The notes beneath the pieces are model-generated. The model was not told the DNA's origin and did no database searches. It worked only from the letters and a program-made list of their open reading frames with translations. 64,000 nucleotides of DNA from a virus, in IMG/VR virus record IMGVR_UViG_3300017991_000008, positions 16,524 to 80,523 of that record; one strand, 5' to 3'. This document shows positions 37,784-46,886 of this stretch, piece after piece. Numbering within the stretch: position 1 is the stretch's first letter; the number at the start of each line of letters is the position of its first letter. Position numbers and translations under genes: made by a program.

Positions 37784-38872
37784 ATGAGACCACCATTCAC
37801 GTGCGTTTATCGCGAGATCTGGGATGAAGAACGGTTCTGGGATTTGTCCGACAGTGGCAAACTGGTTTATTTCTATACACTCACCACCACCCTGGGCAAC
37901 GGTCTCGGGTGTTTCAAAGCCGGAATCGGAGCGATGGTGGAAGAGTCTCGAATGTTGGAGGAAACGTTCAAGGAAGGTTTTCAGCAATGTTTAAAGGCTG
38001 GCTTCTTTGAATACGACGAATATTACAGGGTATTGTTCCTGCCAAACTATCTGAAACGCAACGCACCAATGAACCCCAATGGGCTAATGGCGATAGGTAA
38101 AGACTTCGTCAAAATACCCGATTCCATGCTAAAAGTTAAGTGTTATCAATCTGTTAAGAATTGGGTAGACAGCAAGGGGGACAAGTTTATGGAGGCGTTT
38201 GTGATAACGTTTGGCCAAGAACCTGGCAATGTTCCCGGGAATGTTACGGGGAACGTTCCCGTCAACGATCTGGAAACGTATTCCCAGTCCCAGTCCAATT
38301 CCAAGTCCGATAGATATATATCAAATAATAATGACATAACTGTAAAACAAGAACAAATTGTAACGGTTCCAGAGAGTAACTATGATAGATCCAGTTTGAA
38401 ACCGATCAGTCGAAAGCTCGGGGACATACTGTACACATATTTTGCCCACCTGGGACAGTTTCAATGTGACGATTGGGCGGTTCGTCTCAACTCGGAGTTT
38501 GGGAAACATCTGGACCTGCCGGCTCTGTTTACAGAGATGGGAAAGACCTATGAGGGAAACCAGAAGAAGGTGGTACCGGGGAAGGAATGGGGACACTTCC
38601 GTCTGTGGTGTAGAAATGCAATGATGGGTGGGAAAGAGTTCCAGTTGGAATCCAAGAACGGAGAGAAGGTCAACCAGGGTGTTGACATCTTCAAGTCCAA
38701 GAGTGGCAGACAGCGTTTCGTTGGTTTGTTTAAAGAAGCCGGTAAGACCATTGAAGAGTGCGTTGAGACGGCATCCGAGGACGGATCCGTTCCTGGTAGT
38801 ATGATTTTACAATGGCAAAAAGATCTGGAAGAATATGAACAAGAGTTGAAGGAGGCTGGTGGTGGCGAGTAA
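37784..38872 (+). CDS. Phage replication initiator protein
   Basis: V...IW.E.RF..LS..GKL.Y.Y.L winged-helix N-terminus; central repeats; precedes DnaB. Confidence 0.75.
   Translation: MRPPFTCVYREIWDEERFWDLSDSGKLVYFYTLTTTLGNGLGCFKAGIGAMVEESRMLEETFKEGFQQCLKAGFFEYDEYYRVLFLPNYLKRNAPMNPNGLMAIGKDFVKIPDSMLKVKCYQSVKNWVDSKGDKFMEAFVITFGQEPGNVPGNVTGNVPVNDLETYSQSQSNSKSDRYISNNNDITVKQEQIVTVPESNYDRSSLKPISRKLGDILYTYFAHLGQFQCDDWAVRLNSEFGKHLDLPALFTEMGKTYEGNQKKVVPGKEWGHFRLWCRNAMMGGKEFQLESKNGEKVNQGVDIFKSKSGRQRFVGLFKEAGKTIEECVETASEDGSVPGSMILQWQKDLEEYEQELKEAGGGE
38225..38365. repeat. Iteron-like 12-bp repeats plus AT-rich tract inside initiator (putative ori)
   Basis: GGCAATGTTCCC / GGGAATGTTACG / GGGAACGTTCCC in tandem, then AT-rich 38291-38365. 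Confidence 0.55.
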
Positions 38873-40211
38873 AAATCATAGGCCCAGGGTGGAGGGCAGG
38901 GTTCCACCTTACAGCCAGGAGGCTGAGACAGCAGTAATAGGGTCCATTCTCTTAAATAACGATTGCCTGAACCAAGTATTATCTTCTCTTTCAACAGAGG
39001 ACTTTTATGCTGAAGCCAACCGAAGGATCTATGAGGCAATTAAGGAACTACACGGTACCGGATCCCCTATCGACCATGTGACACTCGGTCAGTATCTAAG
39101 TGACAAGGGCGATCTTGAGAAAATAGGTGGGGCAGTGTCCCTGGCTCGAATCACAGATGCCGTGGCTACCATGGCTAATGTTGAGTACTACGCAAGGATC
39201 GTTCGAGAGAAGGCTAGCCTGCGAGCTCTTATTTACACGGCCCAGGAGATAGCCGCTAAGGGGCTAGGTGGAAGTTTTGAATCCACAGAAGATTTTATAG
39301 CGGAAAGTAGGTCATCGATTATTGAGGTGGCAGCTCAATCTGTTATGGAAGACGGTGGTCCCACTCACATTGCCCAGGGAATAAAGAATATCTTTTGCCG
39401 CGCGGAAAAGGGAGAAACAGCGGTTGAATATTTAAATTTTGGGTTTGGTGGACTACGGGTCCGCAAGAAGATCCCGACGATCATTGGTGGACGTCCGTCC
39501 AATTTGAAATCCATGATTGCCTTAAATGCGTCCATTAATATGGGGAGACAGAAACACCGGGGTTTGGTTTTTAATTTAGAAGACGAGGAAGACACACTTT
39601 GGGCCAGAGCGTTGGCGTCTGCTTCCATGGTGGATTTGGGCAAAATCGAAGACAACAAGATGGCTGCAGAGGATTGGCCCAGGTTGATCGAAGGGGCAAA
39701 CCAACTGTCCACGCTTCCTATTTGGTGTTATGACAAGACACGGGTGTCGTCGGAATGGATTTATCACAAGGCTGCTGTGCACAAGGAACGCCACGGTCTC
39801 GACTGGATCATAGTCGATTATTTACAGCTAATGAGAGACAAGGGGGCTGACCGGTACGACCGATTCTCGAATTCGGTGGAGGGTCTCACGGAGGTGGCTA
39901 GGGTTCTAGGCGTTGCCATGATTATTATTAGCCAGATAAAACGACCCAAAAACCTGTCTCCAGGGGTTGTTCCCAATCCACCCACAGAAGAGGAACTCAA
40001 AGAAACTGGAGCTCTCGAGCAGGCGGGGAAGACAATCTACTTGTCCCACTATCCGTCACACTACGATAAAGAGGGAACGAACCCGAATTGTGACCCGACC
40101 AGGGTGAGAATAGAAACAGCAAAACAGAGCAACGGCCCCTGCGGTGTCAGGTGGTGTTCCTGTGACCCGAGGAGAATGTGGGTAGGGGACAAGGCTGTTG
40201 CCGATTATTAA
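38859..40211 (+). CDS. dnaB: Replicative DNA helicase DnaB
   Basis: PPYSQEAE.AVIGS.LL N-domain, EDFY...NRRIY, IVDYLQL, ISQI.R, ETG.LEQ. Confidence 0.92.
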   Translation: MVASKNHRPRVEGRVPPYSQEAETAVIGSILLNNDCLNQVLSSLSTEDFYAEANRRIYEAIKELHGTGSPIDHVTLGQYLSDKGDLEKIGGAVSLARITDAVATMANVEYYARIVREKASLRALIYTAQEIAAKGLGGSFESTEDFIAESRSSIIEVAAQSVMEDGGPTHIAQGIKNIFCRAEKGETAVEYLNFGFGGLRVRKKIPTIIGGRPSNLKSMIALNASINMGRQKHRGLVFNLEDEEDTLWARALASASMVDLGKIEDNKMAAEDWPRLIEGANQLSTLPIWCYDKTRVSSEWIYHKAAVHKERHGLDWIIVDYLQLMRDKGADRYDRFSNSVEGLTEVARVLGVAMIIISQIKRPKNLSPGVVPNPPTEEELKETGALEQAGKTIYLSHYPSHYDKEGTNPNCDPTRVRIETAKQSNGPCGVRWCSCDPRRMWVGDKAVADY

Positions 40212-40224
40212 AGGAAGGTGACCA

Positions 40225-40800
40225 ATGCAAAAGAGACCGATTCGATATTTCCTGGTCTACGTGTGTTCGTTGGCTTGGGACTTGGTGGTTTGGTTAATCA
40301 TGCTTCTCATGTGGTTATTCTGGGGGACGAAACTACGTTGGGAAGAGGGAGTGTGGTTTGAGTTCAAGCACAACTCCTGGCCGACCCGTACCTGGTACCG
40401 AAAGAAAAAGAACGGCAAACCTGTGGAGATCCCGGTCGAGCAGCAACCCATTTTGGGCAGGTGGGAAACGTGGGGAGGGACATCATTTTGTCATGGTGGT
40501 TTTTTGGGCCCGGGCCGGTCTGGTGGCAAGGGTATCGATACTGACACAGAGGAGCATGAACATATCCACACAGAGCAAGCAGAGACGGCCATGATGTACG
40601 CTTTGATTATAAACCTAGCCTTTATAGCGGAAAATCTGCTTCGGGGCTATGAGCCGGTGTGGTGGTTCCACTTGGTCATGTGGGGTATTGGTTGGATCCT
40701 GTTTTATGGTTGCAGTGCACTCGTGGCATGGCTCAGGGGGGAGGATCCTTACCGGGGCAACATAAATGAGGAGTCTGCTTACTCTCAGACGGAGGACTAG
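40225..40800 (+). CDS. Membrane protein with HExxH motif
   Basis: About 3 hydrophobic segments; EHEHIH.EQ; NINEESAY. Confidence 0.6.
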   Translation: MQKRPIRYFLVYVCSLAWDLVVWLIMLLMWLFWGTKLRWEEGVWFEFKHNSWPTRTWYRKKKNGKPVEIPVEQQPILGRWETWGGTSFCHGGFLGPGRSGGKGIDTDTEEHEHIHTEQAETAMMYALIINLAFIAENLLRGYEPVWWFHLVMWGIGWILFYGCSALVAWLRGEDPYRGNINEESAYSQTED

Positions 40801-40802
40801 CC

Positions 40803-41525
40803 ATGGGGGGACAATTTAGATTCGATATGGATGGACGGGACAAGGACACGGTTGAGTTCGCCTTGGCTCACGCCAGGGTGATCCATGGAAAAAAACCGGA
40901 ATTCCGAACACGCTCATGGAAGGGACCTGCGTTGCTAGAGCTCGCCAGGTACTACATGGCCAACACTGACGAGAGTGTGACAGCCTGTATTGTCGAACAG
41001 GACAAGGCAGTGTTGGAAGCAAGAGAGGAGGCTGCGGGCTCGAGCAAAAAATTTACACCAAAACATGAATCTAGAATCCGTCAACGGATCCGGGATCAGT
41101 GGTTAGAGGAGCAGAAGCAGGGCCACGGCAAAGCGGTGGTGATGGATAATGAGCGCCTTTACGAGTCCATATTGGTTGCAGGGTCTCGGTACCTGGTAGA
41201 ATGTCACCGTAACAAACAGGAACGGGAGAACTTTTCCGTGTTTGAATCGGATGCTTTTGAACGAGCCAAGCAAAGGTGGAATAACAAAGGTGGTTTTTTG
41301 CTTCGGATTCGTGGTGATTCGAGATCCCTAACAAAGGGAGACAGTAGACCCGTTTTTTACCTGTGGATGGAATCAGAAATCGAACTGGCTATAGAAAACG
41401 AATACATATCCTTGATGAACGATATCCATTCACCACAGATAGAGATCTCGGAAATAGTACCACCTGGGGAAGTTGACTGGGATCCACCAGAAATAGCAAC
41501 GTCACGATTGAAGTTGAAGGAGTAG
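40803..41525 (+). CDS. Hypothetical protein
   Basis: GGAGG SD; contiguous ORF. Confidence 0.6.
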   Translation: MGGQFRFDMDGRDKDTVEFALAHARVIHGKKPEFRTRSWKGPALLELARYYMANTDESVTACIVEQDKAVLEAREEAAGSSKKFTPKHESRIRQRIRDQWLEEQKQGHGKAVVMDNERLYESILVAGSRYLVECHRNKQERENFSVFESDAFERAKQRWNNKGGFLLRIRGDSRSLTKGDSRPVFYLWMESEIELAIENEYISLMNDIHSPQIEISEIVPPGEVDWDPPEIATSRLKLKE

Positions 41526-41527
41526 TT

Positions 41528-42172
41528 ATGCAAAAAGATATTTGTAAGTTCTGTAACCACGTTTTTTGCCCTAGTTGTGAGAACCAGGGAGACATTATCG
41601 TCTGCTGTAGATGCGGAACAAGAAATGTACGCGAGATCACAGAGGGCTACGAAAAAGGAAATACAAAAGAGTTACCACAAACACCGCGCCCACTATCTAA
41701 GCCTCCTGGTATGTTTCCGCCCAACGAAGAAGATTCAAGGGGGGGATACTGGCAATGTTCCCAGTGTAAGCAGGTAAAGTTCTCAGAAGATGAACCACCT
41801 CCAAAATGTGAAAAGTGTAGTGCGGAAGAATGGGTCGGAGGCTTGCCAATGGCTACAGTATGCCCGGTGTGTGGACAACAGGGACAGAAAAAAACCATGT
41901 CCGCCCTGGCTGCAGAGGTTGAGAAGCGTATGTGGGAGAATGTAAAAAAGAGGGCAGAGCAGTTAATCAGAGAAGAATTATCGGCTATCGATGAAATAAT
42001 TGAAGCCTTCAAAACCGAGATACAGAAAGTTCGTCGCCCCCCTGATCCACCCGTTGATCGCGGTCTCGTAACCCAGTATGCTGAACTTCTAAAGGTGCGT
42101 ACAGACATGAGAACCCAGGCGGTTTCCAATTTACTAAGGGCTAAAAGACCGGAGATCATTAAAAAAACCTAA
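41528..42172 (+). CDS. Multi-CxxC zinc-finger protein
   Basis: Six CxxC pairs plus C-terminal helical region; AAGGAG SD. Confidence 0.65.
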   Translation: MQKDICKFCNHVFCPSCENQGDIIVCCRCGTRNVREITEGYEKGNTKELPQTPRPLSKPPGMFPPNEEDSRGGYWQCSQCKQVKFSEDEPPPKCEKCSAEEWVGGLPMATVCPVCGQQGQKKTMSALAAEVEKRMWENVKKRAEQLIREELSAIDEIIEAFKTEIQKVRRPPDPPVDRGLVTQYAELLKVRTDMRTQAVSNLLRAKRPEIIKKT

Positions 42173-42230
42173 CATTTGTAAATATTGCACCGAATAGGTT
42201 ACCATTATTTCCAAAGAAAGGAGATAGGAC

Positions 42231-43106
42231 ATGGAAGAGTTCGCAACACTGAAGTTGACCAGGCCGTACATGCACGGACCAGGTGTAAAACGACTTCAAG
42301 AGTTTGGGGATCTGCTCGGGTTCGATTACGGACCTAATGACGGGATCTTTGGGGGAGATACCGAAAACGCAGTCATTGCTATACAGAATCACTTTGGATT
42401 AGAGCCGGACGGTATCTGCGGGAAAAAGACCTGGGACAAAATACTAGAGGCTCTGGACTACGACTACGAGGGTTTTGACCAGGAAGACGATGACGCCTTG
42501 ATTGTCGATATTAGGGGTCAGCATGAACGTCCCAAACTGTATGCACGTCCACGGGACTGGAGCGATATCGACGGCGTGGTTATCCATCAAACAGGCTGTG
42601 CGATGCCCAAGGACCCGGAGAAGTGGCAACGTCTCAACGCTCACATCGGAGTGACCAGGGAAGGACGTGTGGTACTCGTCAACGACTATACGGATATGAT
42701 TTGGCACGCCCAGGGGTTGAGCCAGCACCGCATAGGCATCGAGATAGCGGGGAACTTCCCAGGTATCGAAGGGGACATGAGAACCCTTTGGAAAGGTGGT
42801 GGTGGACCACACAGTTTGACAGCCGGTCAGATGGAGGGGCTCGAGACTGTATTTTACATGCTCAAAAGTGAGTTCAAGCTCAACCGGGCGACGTGGAAGT
42901 TTGTAAACGTCCACAGACAAAGTGCTCCTTCTCGTGTGGCTGATCCAGGAAGTGAAATCTACAAAAAGATCGTAATGCCGTGGATGGACGAACTTGGCGC
43001 CACAGACGGTGGACCAGCCTTTTACACAGGTAAAAAGAAGAAAGGAAACCCGGTTCCAAAGGAATGGAACCCTAGTTACACATTTGGATACTTTCACAGG
43101 GCTTAG
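42231..43106 (+). CDS. Endolysin: PG-binding domain plus N-acetylmuramoyl-L-alanine amidase (Amidase_2)
   Basis: G.GVK.LQ..DG.FG..TE.AV..IQ...GL..DGICG..TW; VIHQT, AH, IGIE, HRQ. Confidence 0.9.
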   Translation: MEEFATLKLTRPYMHGPGVKRLQEFGDLLGFDYGPNDGIFGGDTENAVIAIQNHFGLEPDGICGKKTWDKILEALDYDYEGFDQEDDDALIVDIRGQHERPKLYARPRDWSDIDGVVIHQTGCAMPKDPEKWQRLNAHIGVTREGRVVLVNDYTDMIWHAQGLSQHRIGIEIAGNFPGIEGDMRTLWKGGGGPHSLTAGQMEGLETVFYMLKSEFKLNRATWKFVNVHRQSAPSRVADPGSEIYKKIVMPWMDELGATDGGPAFYTGKKKKGNPVPKEWNPSYTFGYFHRA

Positions 43107-43120
43107 AAAGAGAGTTCGTT

Positions 43121-43957
43121 TTGAGAAATCTGATCACAGTGCTTCTGATGTTGCTCGTCGGGTGCTCGACGGTACCTGAGAAAGAGAAGGTCGAAGTAGA
43201 ACAAACAGAACAGCAAGAGACACGAAACCAACCAGTTAAACAAACCCAGGACCCCGAAGCTGTCAACTCGGTATTTAAACAATTTCCCAACGCCGAACAG
43301 GGAGACGTTATATTGAGGATGGCTAGGGGCATACCAAAATGGAAGGAGACTTTTCATCACGGATGGTGGGAGTGTGGAGTTCAATACAAACACGATGAGG
43401 AGCAAAAAGAAGCCGCATTGATATGGGCGTATCGAATAGTGGAACTGGCAAACGAATATTCGGACGATGAATTCACCATGAATCCATGGGGCATTGCCGG
43501 TACCGTGGCCAATGAATCCGGGTTTGATAAGTGCGCCCTTGGTGAATGGCTCCGGGAGTGGGCCTACGAAGAGAAGGCCATGAAGAAGAAACGTGGTGGT
43601 GCGATTTCCCACAGCATAAAAGAGCTCAGACCCTGGTTATTCAAGCCAAAGGTGCTTGCCAGTTACCAGAGAACCGGGTTCGATTGTGGTCCGATGCAGG
43701 AACTTTGGAAGTGCAACGAAGAGGGGTTCTGTCGATCTATTTATTGGGATCGGGATACACCGTCGATTTCCTTTGACAAAATGTTCACCATGGATATTCA
43801 TTTCGATTGGAACGTGCGTGAACTGCGTCGTCGTGCTAGAGTGAATAATACGGACAGACCATGGGGTACATGGAGAACCGGGAAATACGCAAAATGGTAC
43901 GACAAAAAAGTTACTCGTTGGGCTCGTTACATGGGTGCTAAAAAGGGGGAAATATGA
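43121..43957 (+). CDS. Lipoprotein with lysozyme/transglycosylase-like domain
   Basis: Lipobox LLVG-C; ANESGF and CGPMQ resemble SLT ES / G.MQ motifs; next to endolysin. Confidence 0.55.
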   Translation: MRNLITVLLMLLVGCSTVPEKEKVEVEQTEQQETRNQPVKQTQDPEAVNSVFKQFPNAEQGDVILRMARGIPKWKETFHHGWWECGVQYKHDEEQKEAALIWAYRIVELANEYSDDEFTMNPWGIAGTVANESGFDKCALGEWLREWAYEEKAMKKKRGGAISHSIKELRPWLFKPKVLASYQRTGFDCGPMQELWKCNEEGFCRSIYWDRDTPSISFDKMFTMDIHFDWNVRELRRRARVNNTDRPWGTWRTGKYAKWYDKKVTRWARYMGAKKGEI

Positions 43958-44304
43958 GCGGAGAGCACATCCTTCTAGACGTTATAAACCAACGTTTAGA
44001 CGAGGCAGGAGAAGGGAAACTTAAGCTCACAAATACTCAGTTTAAGTATCTGAGAAAACTCAAGGGTCTTTCTGAACGCGGTGTGATCCTATCGATGGCG
44101 GATCGAGAGTTTCTGGACAGTATTCAACCAGATAGAAAAATAAGAAGGTGTGCCATGGTCACACCCAGGGGGAAATGCTCGGTGGGCTATGGAGATGAAG
44201 AACATGACCGGTGCCCTCACTGGGGGGACTGGTACCAATCAAAAGTCAAATGTGATGGTTATGACCCGGAAGAGGTTCGGGTGAACCGTTTTATGGGAGG
44301 CTAA
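43954..44304 (+). CDS. Hypothetical protein, Cys-containing C-terminus
   Basis: ATGA overlap; GGGGGA SD. Confidence 0.55.
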   Translation: MSGEHILLDVINQRLDEAGEGKLKLTNTQFKYLRKLKGLSERGVILSMADREFLDSIQPDRKIRRCAMVTPRGKCSVGYGDEEHDRCPHWGDWYQSKVKCDGYDPEEVRVNRFMGG

Positions 44305-44305
44305 A

Positions 44306-44689
44306 ATGGCAGAAGTATGTGCGATTTTTAAGGTGTTGCCGTGGTTGGACAAATCAAAACCAAGGCCACAACCGGAGAGGCTCGAAGATATTCTTCTTCC
44401 CGAAAGGAATGTCTCTGTTGTGAAAACAAAAAGGGCAGGCAAAGACATTCAGAAGGAGATAGCAGAAAAAGACGCCGCCTATCTGGGGCGTGTTAAACAG
44501 CACGTTCTACAGGAGATCGAAAAGATGGGTCTGGAGGTTAGGTCTACCCCTTCATTGGTTGCGGACAGGAAAGTACTTGCGGCCACGCTTGTGGCCTACG
44601 TACACGCCAAAGGTCCAAAACCGTCGGACATTAAGAGAACCCCCATTGCGAGGGTAGGAGTAGCAACCAGGCGAAGACCAAAAAGATGA
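44306..44689 (+). CDS. Hypothetical basic protein
   Basis: GGAGG SD. Confidence 0.55.
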   Translation: MAEVCAIFKVLPWLDKSKPRPQPERLEDILLPERNVSVVKTKRAGKDIQKEIAEKDAAYLGRVKQHVLQEIEKMGLEVRSTPSLVADRKVLAATLVAYVHAKGPKPSDIKRTPIARVGVATRRRPKR

Positions 44690-45081
44690 ACGAGCGACCT
44701 CTTGTAGATTTGCTAACTGACCCGTCGGCGCCGTGGGCTTTCTCTCCTGATTTGGAAGCCGGTGACGTTCTAATGGGCCGTGAAGAATACCCAGACATCG
44801 AAGTAGTTAATAACGAACTCTACGATATCCAAAAAATTCAAGTCCAGTTGCTGAGAGTGAAAGACCCTGGTACCGGTGACGATTGTATCATGCGTCGTTT
44901 AATAGGTGTGCTTCACGACGGAAAGCAAGTGGATATAGGTGAAAGGTTTGTTGTTCCTTCCATACTTGTAGAACACGAAATGGATGTATCCAAATGCAAT
45001 GCGTGTTTTGAAAAGATACAAGAAGACGAACTGGTAATCTTCGAGGGAAAAGCCTATCACGACCGATGCATGGAGGACTAG
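44686..45081 (+). CDS. Hypothetical protein with C-terminal CxxC-x17-HxxC finger
   Basis: CNAC...YHDRC; ATGA overlap. Confidence 0.55.
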   Translation: MNERPLVDLLTDPSAPWAFSPDLEAGDVLMGREEYPDIEVVNNELYDIQKIQVQLLRVKDPGTGDDCIMRRLIGVLHDGKQVDIGERFVVPSILVEHEMDVSKCNACFEKIQEDELVIFEGKAYHDRCMED

Positions 45082-45408
45082 GTGAGCACGTTCACAGATA
45101 TAAGGGACGCGATCATGGCCATAGCGGATGTCCGGGACATCCCTGGTTCGGTTGGTCTTCGTACCCCTGGGGAAAAGGTTGAATACAGGGGACAGGAACT
45201 TGACACTGGCTCGGCGTGGGGGGATGCCAAATCTCTTCAGATATTAGTGGAAGGCATAGCAACGTGGATGGACGGTGCGGGAGTGGGTAATATCGGTGCG
45301 ATCTACAGCAAACTGAACGAACTGATCGGGCAGTACAACCAGCTTCGAGAAGACTACATAGCTGGAGGCGGAACTACCACGGCAACCGAGGTGACCCCGT
45401 TACCATGA
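45082..45408 (+). CDS. Hypothetical protein
   Basis: GTG start after GGAGG. Confidence 0.55.
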   Translation: MSTFTDIRDAIMAIADVRDIPGSVGLRTPGEKVEYRGQELDTGSAWGDAKSLQILVEGIATWMDGAGVGNIGAIYSKLNELIGQYNQLREDYIAGGGTTTATEVTPLP

Positions 45409-45857
45409 TAGACGGTGTGACAGAGATCTCGACAGGGGACCTGGCAAATCTGATGCAGGCAGTAGGGATGGGAGAATCTGAGAAACTAAACTTGCCACAA
45501 GAACACCTGGAGGTCTGGTGTAACAGCGTTCCAGTGGCTCGTCTTGCCTGGGAGGAAGAACGACAAGACCACCGGGTTGTTGCAATCGCTTGTACATCTG
45601 GATCTCATGGGGTAATGGATCCCAAATGGAAAGACATAGGGGAGAGGCTCCAGCGGCTAGCCCAACGATTACCGAAGAGAAAATGTCAGTTGTGCAATGG
45701 CACCAAATGGATCCCCGCTGACAGCAAGGCGGCAAAGCTTGTGGCTGTACTATCTGGCTCTCTCAAAATGTACAGAGGGGTTGTGTACACTCCAACAGAA
45801 AAGTTCGCAAAGTTTGCAGAAAAGATGGCGTCGTTATCACTGGTCGAGCTCCTTTAA
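45405..45857 (+). CDS. Hypothetical protein with CxxC
   Basis: ATGA overlap; CQLCNG. Confidence 0.55.
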   Translation: MIDGVTEISTGDLANLMQAVGMGESEKLNLPQEHLEVWCNSVPVARLAWEEERQDHRVVAIACTSGSHGVMDPKWKDIGERLQRLAQRLPKRKCQLCNGTKWIPADSKAAKLVAVLSGSLKMYRGVVYTPTEKFAKFAEKMASLSLVELL

Positions 45858-45860
45858 CAT

Positions 45861-46361
45861 TTGAGGATCAGTATGGGCGGCAACGGTACGGATTCAAGGA
45901 AGACGGGTTTATTCCGATTAGTCGTTGCCCTATGCCTGCTAGAGAAAAGAGCTGTTACGATTGATGACATTCAAACACTAACAAACGTTTCCCAAAAGAC
46001 ACTGAGATACACATTGCTGACCTTGGAAGATGAGGGACGAGTGATAAAGACGTCCGTGGATTTGCCGGAATCAGAACGGAGCCGAACAGCGTGGCTACCG
46101 GTGGGAAGGGCAGTATTGGAGAACGGGAGGATAGTTCGGTCTGAATGTGAAATATGCGGCAAAAGACCCAGGGCGGTTCGTATCAGGGGACGGGAACTTT
46201 GTCGATCCTGTATGCGTGGATTTGAAGACGATGATGGCCACTGGATCGTTCTCGGGTCAAGTGAGAAAACGGAAGCAACCTTCTCCAGGCTTATTCTGCA
46301 GAACGAACATCACATGGCGTGTCTTTTTGAGAAAACACAGGAAAATAAGAAAACCAGTTGA
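45861..46361 (+). CDS. Winged-HTH plus zinc-ribbon protein
   Basis: TIDDI..LT.VS...LR.TL..LE.EG.V; CEIC, CRSC. Confidence 0.6.
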   Translation: MRISMGGNGTDSRKTGLFRLVVALCLLEKRAVTIDDIQTLTNVSQKTLRYTLLTLEDEGRVIKTSVDLPESERSRTAWLPVGRAVLENGRIVRSECEICGKRPRAVRIRGRELCRSCMRGFEDDDGHWIVLGSSEKTEATFSRLILQNEHHMACLFEKTQENKKTS

Positions 46362-46386
46362 CACGGAAGCGAAAGAGGCTTATAGG
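46358..46386 (+). promoter_or_regulatory. Sigma70-type promoter
   Basis: TTGACA-17 nt-TATAGG. Confidence 0.65.
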
Positions 46387-46430
46387 TATAAAAGGCACAG
46401 GGCAATCATTTCAATTTTTATCCCCAGCAC

Positions 46431-46479
46431 AGCGGGGGTCGTTACAAACATCAAACCCGTGCCTGTAACGATCCCCGCT
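46431..46479 (+). ncRNA. 16-bp leader hairpin, paralogous to core of 37660 stem
   Basis: AGCGGGGGTCGTTACA / TGTAACGATCCCCGCT with a 17-nt loop. Confidence 0.55.
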
Positions 46480-46496
46480 TCATTTACGGAGGGGCC

Positions 46497-46871
46497 ATGG
46501 GCCTAGAGAAATGCAAACCGTTTCGTTCAAAAGAGTTTATGAAGTTTCTACACCGACACCGAAAAAATGAGCTGTGCGCGAGGTGTATGGTGAGGCCGTG
46601 GACACAGTTACACCACTTCGGGTATGACGGAGGGAAGGCTTTAAAGCCGTCAGATTTGTTTGTGGTGAGACTGTGTAAAAAGTGTGCGGATGAAAACGAA
46701 ATCAAAGCCAGAGCATTAGCACTGGCCGGCAAGTGGGAAGTACTAGCCTGCTTCTTGCAGGACGCCATGTTAAATGTGGATGCGTGGTTGAAATACAGAA
46801 GGGACCGTGGTCGCCTGACAGAGGAGGATCAGGAAACTATGGCTCACATAAACACAGGGGATTTTTTTTGA
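46497..46871 (+). CDS. DUF968/HNH-like zinc-binding nuclease (recombination accessory)
   Basis: RS..F..F.....C.RC...HH.G..G...KPSD...V.LC..C. Confidence 0.65.
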   Translation: MGLEKCKPFRSKEFMKFLHRHRKNELCARCMVRPWTQLHHFGYDGGKALKPSDLFVVRLCKKCADENEIKARALALAGKWEVLACFLQDAMLNVDAWLKYRRDRGRLTEEDQETMAHINTGDFF

Positions 46872-46886
46872 GACAAGGAGACGGAT

